Shown: piece by piece, positions 34,753-40,387 of the stretch
Layout of the letters: the number at the start of each line of letters is the position of its first letter
Numbering within the stretch: position 1 is the first letter of the stretch
Source of the DNA: an uncultured Lachnospiraceae bacterium
Lineage (GTDB): Bacteria; Bacillota; Clostridia; Lachnospirales; Lachnospiraceae
DNA: 40,387 nucleotides
NCBI GenBank assembly: GCA_902803215.1
Contig: CADCPK010000046.1
Span: forward strand, 1-40,387
Reading direction: 5' to 3'
Position numbers and translations under genes: made by a program
Notes under the pieces: generated by a model
What the model was told of the DNA's origin: nothing
Databases searched by the model: none
What the model saw: only the letters and a program-made list of their open reading frames with translations

Positions 34753-37167
34753 TTACTGCTCAGATTTCGATGCTTCGGCCTGTTTTGCAGCCTCCGCCTC
34801 ACGTGCCAGTCTTTCCTGTACACGCTTACGGTTTTTCTTCTTAGGCTCCTGATTTGCATTGCCCTGCTGCGGCTGAGCTTTTGCGGAACCGGTCTGTACC
34901 GCTGCAGCTTTAGCGGAAGAACCTGCGCCTGCAACTGCAGCTTTCCTGCCGAATCCTCTCTTCATGACATACCACAGAGCGCCTGTGATACACACTGAAG
35001 AGTAACCGCCGACGATAATACCGACCATCAGAGGAGCGGCAAATTCGCGGATAGAAGAAACACCGAAGATAAACAGTACCGCTACCATGACAAAGGTCGT
35101 CAGTGAAGTGTAGATACTTCTTGTCAGTGTCTCGGTAATACTTGCGTTTACAATGTCTTCCAGTTTCTCGGAATCATCATGACCATGCAGATGTTCACGA
35201 ACACGGTCGAAAATAACGATCGTTGCGTTGATCGAATAACCGACGATGGTAAGCATACACGCAATGAATGTATTACCTACAGAAACTCTCGCGATCGCAT
35301 AGAACGTAAGAACAACAAGCACGTCATGCAGAAGTGCAAGGACGGCACTGCCTGCAAAGCGGATATCCTTGAAACGGAACCAGATGTAGAGAAGCATGCA
35401 GATCGTAGCTACGATGACAGCCAGAATAGCGTCGTTGCGCATCTCCTTGCTGACGGTGGAGCTGATGCTCTCTGCCTGGATCAGGCTTTCATCCACGTCA
35501 AATTTCTCGACCAGAGCTTTGTTGAGCGCTTCACGTTCGTCGAGTGTCAGGGATCTTGTCTTGATGATGACCTGGTTTGTTCCGACAACCTTGGTCGGCT
35601 GTACGTTCTTGTCACCGGTCACTTCTTCGACGAGAGGAGTTACCTCAGAGTCGATCTGCTTGATGTCCATATTCTCATTGAAGGTAACGTTTGTTGCGGT
35701 ACCGCCCGAGAACTCAAGGCTGTAGTTGAATGCTTTGTTTCCTGCACCGCTGTTGATGATCATGGCGACAGGACCCGCAAGGATAGCAATGATGGAAATG
35801 GCAAAGAAAAGTTTGCGCTTTCCAAGGAAATTGATCGCACCTCTCTCTTTTGCACGGCCGTAGAATTTCTCGTCACGAACACCCACAGCGTAAACTGCGT
35901 TTATTACCAGACGGGAGATCACCAGTGCGGTGAACATGGAAACCACGATGCCGAGAGCCAGTGTGTAGGCAAAGCCTTTAACCGTACCGGATCCGAGATA
36001 CATAAGCACTACCGCTGCGATCAGAGTAGTGATGTTGCCGTCGAAGATCGCGGAGAAAGCTTTGCTGAAACCGGATTTGATCGCGCCGTGAACCGTCTGT
36101 CCGGCGGTGATTTCTTCTTTTATACGTGCATAGATAATAACATTGGCATCGACTGCCATACCGATACCCAGGATGATACCTGCGATACCCGGAAGAGTCA
36201 GAGTGATCTCGAACGCGCAGATCAGGATCAGGATGATAGCGGTATACAGCACCAGTGCAAGTGACGCAACAATGCCGGGTACACGGTAAGCAATGATCAT
36301 GATGAGCATGACGATGATCAGACCGATCAGCGCGGCTTTGAGAGAAGTAGAGATTGCTTCTTCACCGAGCTGTGCGGCAACAACGTTCGAACGGAGTTCT
36401 TCCAGCTCGAGGCTCAGAGAACCGATACGAATGTAAGAAGCCAGGTTCTGCGCTTCTTCGACACTCTCCATACCGGTGATCTGTGCGCTTCCTCCGCCGA
36501 TCGCTTCGTTGACACGCGGAGCGCTGAGGATTCCATTGTCATAGACGATTGCGATCTGCTTGCCTACGTTCTTTTCGGTGGCTTCCGCAAATTTGGTCTT
36601 GCCTTCGTCTGTAAGAGTAAGACTTACGACATACTCTCTGGTGCTGTTGTTGTTTGTCTGGATAGCGCCGCCCTGTGCGTCCGCAACATCGGTACCTTCC
36701 AGAACAACAGAGCCTGCTTCGCGGATCTCGTCCACGGTACGGGAAAGCTTGTATCCGCCTGTCGTGCCGTCGAACTCAAAGTTGTTATTGCCATCGGCAT
36801 CTGTCATCTCGATAAAGCAGAGAGAACCGGGTTTGCCGAGATCTTCCAGAATGGCGTTCGCGTCGGTAACGCCCGGAATCTCGACGTTGATACGGTTTAC
36901 TCCTTCTTTATAGACCTGTGCTTCTGTGCTGTACTGTTCTACACGCTTCTGAAGCTTGTAGATCGTATCGCTCATATCTTCGCTGTTCGGTGATTCGTCC
37001 GTTGTCTCGTAGGTGATACTTACACCGCCGGAAAGATCGAGACCTGTCTTAATGTTCCGCGCCGAACCGCTTTTCTCCGGACCGATGCCTATCGCTGCCG
37101 TGTAGCAGAGAAAGGCGGTAATAAGCACCGTGATCAGCAGCACGGCAATACCTCTGCTCTTCTTCAT
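34753..37167 (-). CDS. secDF: Fused protein translocase subunit SecDF
   Basis: GLDLSGG, GMAVDANV, EFSGGT, GYSINATIVIFDRVRE in one frame; start moved to ATG 37167. Confidence 0.95.
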   Translation of the reverse strand: MKKSRGIAVLLITVLITAFLCYTAAIGIGPEKSGSARNIKTGLDLSGGVSITYETTDESPNSEDMSDTIYKLQKRVEQYSTEAQVYKEGVNRINVEIPGVTDANAILEDLGKPGSLCFIEMTDADGNNNFEFDGTTGGYKLSRTVDEIREAGSVVLEGTDVADAQGGAIQTNNNSTREYVVSLTLTDEGKTKFAEATEKNVGKQIAIVYDNGILSAPRVNEAIGGGSAQITGMESVEEAQNLASYIRIGSLSLELEELRSNVVAAQLGEEAISTSLKAALIGLIIVMLIMIIAYRVPGIVASLALVLYTAIILILICAFEITLTLPGIAGIILGIGMAVDANVIIYARIKEEITAGQTVHGAIKSGFSKAFSAIFDGNITTLIAAVVLMYLGSGTVKGFAYTLALGIVVSMFTALVISRLVINAVYAVGVRDEKFYGRAKERGAINFLGKRKLFFAISIIAILAGPVAMIINSGAGNKAFNYSLEFSGGTATNVTFNENMDIKQIDSEVTPLVEEVTGDKNVQPTKVVGTNQVIIKTRSLTLDEREALNKALVEKFDVDESLIQAESISSTVSKEMRNDAILAVIVATICMLLYIWFRFKDIRFAGSAVLALLHDVLVVLTFYAIARVSVGNTFIACMLTIVGYSINATIVIFDRVREHLHGHDDSEKLEDIVNASITETLTRSIYTSLTTFVMVAVLFIFGVSSIREFAAPLMVGIIVGGYSSVCITGALWYVMKRGFGRKAAVAGAGSSAKAAAVQTGSAKAQPQQGNANQEPKKKNRKRVQERLAREAEAAKQAEASKSEQ

Positions 37168-37198
37168 TGTTTTTCCCTTCTTTACTTCATTACTTGTT

Positions 37199-38563
37199 TT
37201 AATCCGCAAGCGCGGCTTTTATCATGATGGCACATTCAACGCGTTTGCGCTGAAGCTCACATCCGATCTTATAATTGCCGGTGATATCTCCCGTAAAGTG
37301 GCTTGCATTCGCCGCGCAGCCTCCGCTGCAGTAAAATCTGGCGAAGCAGTCCCTGCACTCCGGTTTGGCATACACGTTGCATCTGCCAAACTTTTCGCAG
37401 ATCTCCGGGTGCGTGATACCTTCATCCACATTGCCCAGCAGGAATTCTTCCTCCCCGACAAACTGATGGCAGGGATAGAGGTCTCCCCACGGAGTAACGG
37501 CAAGATATTCCGTTCCCGACCCGCAGCCGCTGAGCCGTTTGTATACACAGGGCCCGCCGGTGAGGTCGATCATAAAATGGAAGAAGTTGAACCCGTTCCC
37601 CTCTTTTTCGCGCCGGATCATCTCTTTTGCGAGCAGATCGTACTGCTCGAAGAGGATCGGCACGTCCTCTTCCGTGAGAGCGTACTGCTCATCCTTCGGA
37701 GCCACCACGGGTTCGACCGAGATCTGTTTGAAGCCCAGATCGGCCAGATGCAGCACGTCGGCCGCGAAGTCCGTGTTAAAGTGGGTGTAGGTTCCTCTTA
37801 CATAATACTTATCCTGGTTTCTTGATTCCGCAAACTTTTTAAATTTGGGGACGATCAGGTCGTAGCTGCCTGCGCCTTTTCTGAACGGGCGCATCATGTC
37901 GTGCACTTCCTTACGGCCGTCGATGCTCAGCACCACATTTCCCATCTCACGATTGCAGAACTCCATAACTTCATCGTTCATGAGTACTCCGTTGGTCGTG
38001 AGTGTGAAGCGAAATTTTTTGTGGCACTCCTCTTCACGGCTTCTTCCGTACGCGACAAGCTGCTTAACCACTTCCCAGTTCATAAGCGGTTCGCCGCCGA
38101 AAAAATCCACCTCAAGGTTGGTTCTGTTCCCTGAGGAGGCGATCAGAAAGTCAAGCGCTTTTTTTCCTGTCTCGAAAGACATGAGGGCACGGCGCCCGTG
38201 ATACTCTCCTTCTTCCGCAAAGCAATAGCGGCAGGCCAGATTACAATCGTGGGCGATATGCAGGCAAAGTGCCTTTACCACCGTCTTTCTTGCATCCGTG
38301 AACGCATCGATGGCATCCCGGTAAATGTCCTCCGTAAAAAGCATCCCCTGCCTTTTCAGCTCCTCACACTCCGAGACGGAGGTGCTGATCTCGTCGGGAG
38401 AGAATTTTGCGGACAGGCGGGATATGATCTGTTCGGTATCGGCTCCTTCCTCCAGAAGGGGAAGGACTTCGTACGTCACATCGTCCACAAGATGTACTGA
38501 ACCGCTGTTGATGTCCAGAACAATGTTGAACCCATTGCTGCGGTAGCGGTGAATAAGACTCAT
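37199..38563 (-). CDS. scfB: SCIFF/ranthipeptide radical SAM-SPASM maturase
   Basis: CNLACRYC, FFGGEPL, SPASM cysteines (GCGSG, YPCHQF, CRDC...CSGGC...C), N-terminal RRE-like region; ATG 38563 with GGAG RBS (38575 possible). Confidence 0.95.
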   Translation of the reverse strand: MSLIHRYRSNGFNIVLDINSGSVHLVDDVTYEVLPLLEEGADTEQIISRLSAKFSPDEISTSVSECEELKRQGMLFTEDIYRDAIDAFTDARKTVVKALCLHIAHDCNLACRYCFAEEGEYHGRRALMSFETGKKALDFLIASSGNRTNLEVDFFGGEPLMNWEVVKQLVAYGRSREEECHKKFRFTLTTNGVLMNDEVMEFCNREMGNVVLSIDGRKEVHDMMRPFRKGAGSYDLIVPKFKKFAESRNQDKYYVRGTYTHFNTDFAADVLHLADLGFKQISVEPVVAPKDEQYALTEEDVPILFEQYDLLAKEMIRREKEGNGFNFFHFMIDLTGGPCVYKRLSGCGSGTEYLAVTPWGDLYPCHQFVGEEEFLLGNVDEGITHPEICEKFGRCNVYAKPECRDCFARFYCSGGCAANASHFTGDITGNYKIGCELQRKRVECAIMIKAALAD

Positions 38564-38614
38564 TCTGCTCTCCATTCCGCCGCCTTTTGGGGCAGCTGAT
38601 TTTTTTTTACATTT

Positions 38615-38643
38615 AAAAGCCCCGCAGCAAACTACGGGGCTTT
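38615..38643 (-). terminator. Terminator-like hairpin between scfA and scfB
   Basis: AAAGCCCCGUAG-UUUG-CUGCGGGGCUUUU with a U-G pair only in the minus-strand RNA. Confidence 0.7.
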
Positions 38644-38673
38644 ATACCCTTAAACAGGTTTATTTCTGCGATG

Positions 38674-38814
38674 TTATTTGTTCTCGCAGCTCTGATTGCC
38701 GACCGTGCAGGATGTTTTGCAGGCTGACTGGCAGGATGTCTGGCATTCTCCGCATCCGCCTTTTTTCACGGTATTCTGCAGATTTTTGGTGTTGAGCGTT
38801 TTGATGTGCTCCAT
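38674..38814 (-). CDS. scfA: SCIFF six-cysteine ranthipeptide precursor (46 aa), absent from the ORF track
   Basis: Manual translation MEHIKTLNTKNLQNTVKKGGCGECQTSCQSACKTSCTVGNQSCENK; GAGGAGG RBS; adjacent to scfB. Confidence 0.97.
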   Translation of the reverse strand: MEHIKTLNTKNLQNTVKKGGCGECQTSCQSACKTSCTVGNQSCENK

Positions 38815-38878
38815 ACTCTTATTCCTCCTCTGATAATGTTAATATACAGATACATATCTCTATGCAATATCTTTGGAT

Positions 38879-38907
38879 AGTATAGCACAGTGGATTCTAT
38901 TTTTAAA
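38879..38907 (-). promoter_or_regulatory. Candidate promoter of scfA
   Basis: TTTAAA-17 nt-TATACT with extended TG. Confidence 0.55.
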
Positions 38908-38947
38908 GAGTTTTTTTTATGCCAAAGCTCGCGGCCATAGGCCATAC

Positions 38948-38976
38948 TTGAAAACAGGCGTGTTATATCTTATAAT
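38948..38976 (+). promoter_or_regulatory. Sigma-A promoter of the HlyC/CorC gene
   Basis: TTGAAA-17 nt-TATAAT. Confidence 0.75.
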
Positions 38977-39008
38977 TAGGGCTAAAATCATCATCGGAGG
39001 TAACTGAT

Positions 39009-40268
39009 TTGACGACTGATCTATATTTGCAGATTGCGTTTATTGTCGTTCTTATATGTCTGTCCGCTTTTTTTTCCTCTGCGGAGACCGCACTTACCAC
39101 GGTCAACCACATCAGAGTGAAAACGCTGATCGAAGAAGGGAATAAAAGGGCTGTAATACTGGATAAAGTGATATCCAGGCCTGCCAAGATGCTCAGCGCA
39201 ATTCTGATCGGAAATAATATTGTGAACATGGCCGTGTCGGCGCTGACAACCACGGTTACCATACGTATCTTTGGAGATATTTATGTCGGTGTCGCGACGG
39301 GAATCCTTACTCTTCTGGTCCTGCTGTTCGGCGAGATCACGCCTAAGACTCTTGCGGGCATACATTCCGAGAAGACCGCGCTGTCCTACGCGCCTGTGAT
39401 CTATCGAGTCATGATCCTGCTTACTCCTGTTATTTTTATTGTAGACAAGCTGGAGCGGCTGATCATGCGTGTTCTACGCGTCGATCCGAATGCGAAGGAA
39501 AGTCCCATGACTGAGGGCGAGCTGCGTACGCTGGTCAATGTCGGGCAGGAAGACGGGGCGATAGAAAAAGAAGAAAAGCAGATGATCTACAATGTTTTCG
39601 ATTTTGGCGATTCCGCCGCTAAGGATGTGATGATCCCCAGGATCGATATGGACTTTGTGGACGTCAATTCTACGTATGAGCAGCTGATGGAAAGTTTCCG
39701 CAAAAACCGGCACACGCGTTTTCCGGTGTACGATGAATCGACCGATAATATCATCGGTATCATCAACGTGAAAGATCTTATTCTGAAGCCCGGAAACGAG
39801 GACTTTTCGATCCGCTCTATTCTGAGAGAGCCATATTTTACCTATGAATATAAACCTACGGCGGAGCTGCTGGTCGACATGCGCAAGGCTTCGGTGAATC
39901 TGGCGATCGTTCTGGACGAGTACGGTTCCACGGCGGGGCTCGTCACGCTGGAAGATCTTCTGGAGGAGATCGTCGGGGAGATCCGTGATGAGTATGATGA
40001 GGATGAGAAGGAAGATCTGGTTTGTGTGACGCCCGGCAAAGAGTATATTGCAGCGGGCTATGCGAGGCTGGATGATATCAATGAGGAGCTGCATCTTTCT
40101 CTGGAATCCGAGGAGTACGACTCCATCGGCGGGTATATTATCGAACAGCTCGATTCTCTTCCCGCACAGGGCCAGGTGGTAGTGCTCGAGGACGGGACGC
40201 GGCTGGTAGTAGAAGAGCTTTCCGGGAATCGGATCCAGAGTGTGAGGATAAGGCTGGCGGAAAAGTGA
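39009..40268 (+). CDS. HlyC/CorC (CNNM/DUF21-CBS-CBS-CorC) family transporter
   Basis: SAFFSSAETA, GNNIVN, FGEITPK, HTRFPV, DEYG...TLEDLLEEIVGEI; TTG start with GGAGG RBS. Confidence 0.93.
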   Translation: MTTDLYLQIAFIVVLICLSAFFSSAETALTTVNHIRVKTLIEEGNKRAVILDKVISRPAKMLSAILIGNNIVNMAVSALTTTVTIRIFGDIYVGVATGILTLLVLLFGEITPKTLAGIHSEKTALSYAPVIYRVMILLTPVIFIVDKLERLIMRVLRVDPNAKESPMTEGELRTLVNVGQEDGAIEKEEKQMIYNVFDFGDSAAKDVMIPRIDMDFVDVNSTYEQLMESFRKNRHTRFPVYDESTDNIIGIINVKDLILKPGNEDFSIRSILREPYFTYEYKPTAELLVDMRKASVNLAIVLDEYGSTAGLVTLEDLLEEIVGEIRDEYDEDEKEDLVCVTPGKEYIAAGYARLDDINEELHLSLESEEYDSIGGYIIEQLDSLPAQGQVVVLEDGTRLVVEELSGNRIQSVRIRLAEK

Positions 40269-40270
40269 AA

Positions 40271-40316
40271 AACACAGGGGGGACGGTCCTTTTGTGTTCG
40301 CACAGGGGGACGATCC
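40271..40316 (+). repeat. Two tandem REP-like units after the HlyC/CorC stop
   Basis: AACACAGGGGGGACGGTCCTTTTGTGTT (40271-40298) and CACAGGGGGACGATCC (40301-40316), related to the ACAGGGGACGGTTCC arm at 1179-1193. Confidence 0.6.
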
Positions 40317-40387
40317 GAGACCACTGAAAAAGTGGGGGTTCAAGACGCGAATCTCCAAAACTCGATGAGAATTTTAGGACTCTGTCC

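Noticed and set aside
39009-40268. 'Hemolysin' interpretation as a toxin
   Set aside because: DUF21-CBS-CorC architecture indicates a CNNM/CorB-type divalent cation transporter

Overview
Chromosomal window from a Clostridia-class Firmicute, most consistent with Lachnospiraceae (judged from gene order, the SCIFF locus and GGAGG/sigma-A signals). Nearly all genes are on the minus strand. The right half is a conserved housekeeping block (scfA-scfB-secDF-recJ-apt-rel-MBL hydrolase-hemZ-HD-GYP-hisS-aspS), with a divergent HlyC/CorC gene at the window end. The middle holds a lipoprotein, a four-gene MacAB/YknXYZ-like ABC exporter with two unusual acidic adaptor proteins, then degV-argS-(HAD/CPBP fusion)-RsuA-family gene and rpsB-tsf. 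The left 9 kb is an accessory module: MMPL transporter, LytTR/GHKL two-component system, membrane-anchored domain-permuted GH3 glycosidase, small membrane protein and an anchored esterase. No transposase, prophage, CRISPR array, tRNA or rRNA was recognised. The best leads are (i) the two-adaptor ABC exporter with Tyr/acidic tandem repeats and a palindromic-array leader, (ii) a dispersed GGGGACGGTTCC REP-like element at gene 3' ends, (iii) the HAD-CPBP fusion and (iv) the glycosidase/esterase/MMPL module. All calls are by eye, without database searches, so novelty is unverified.
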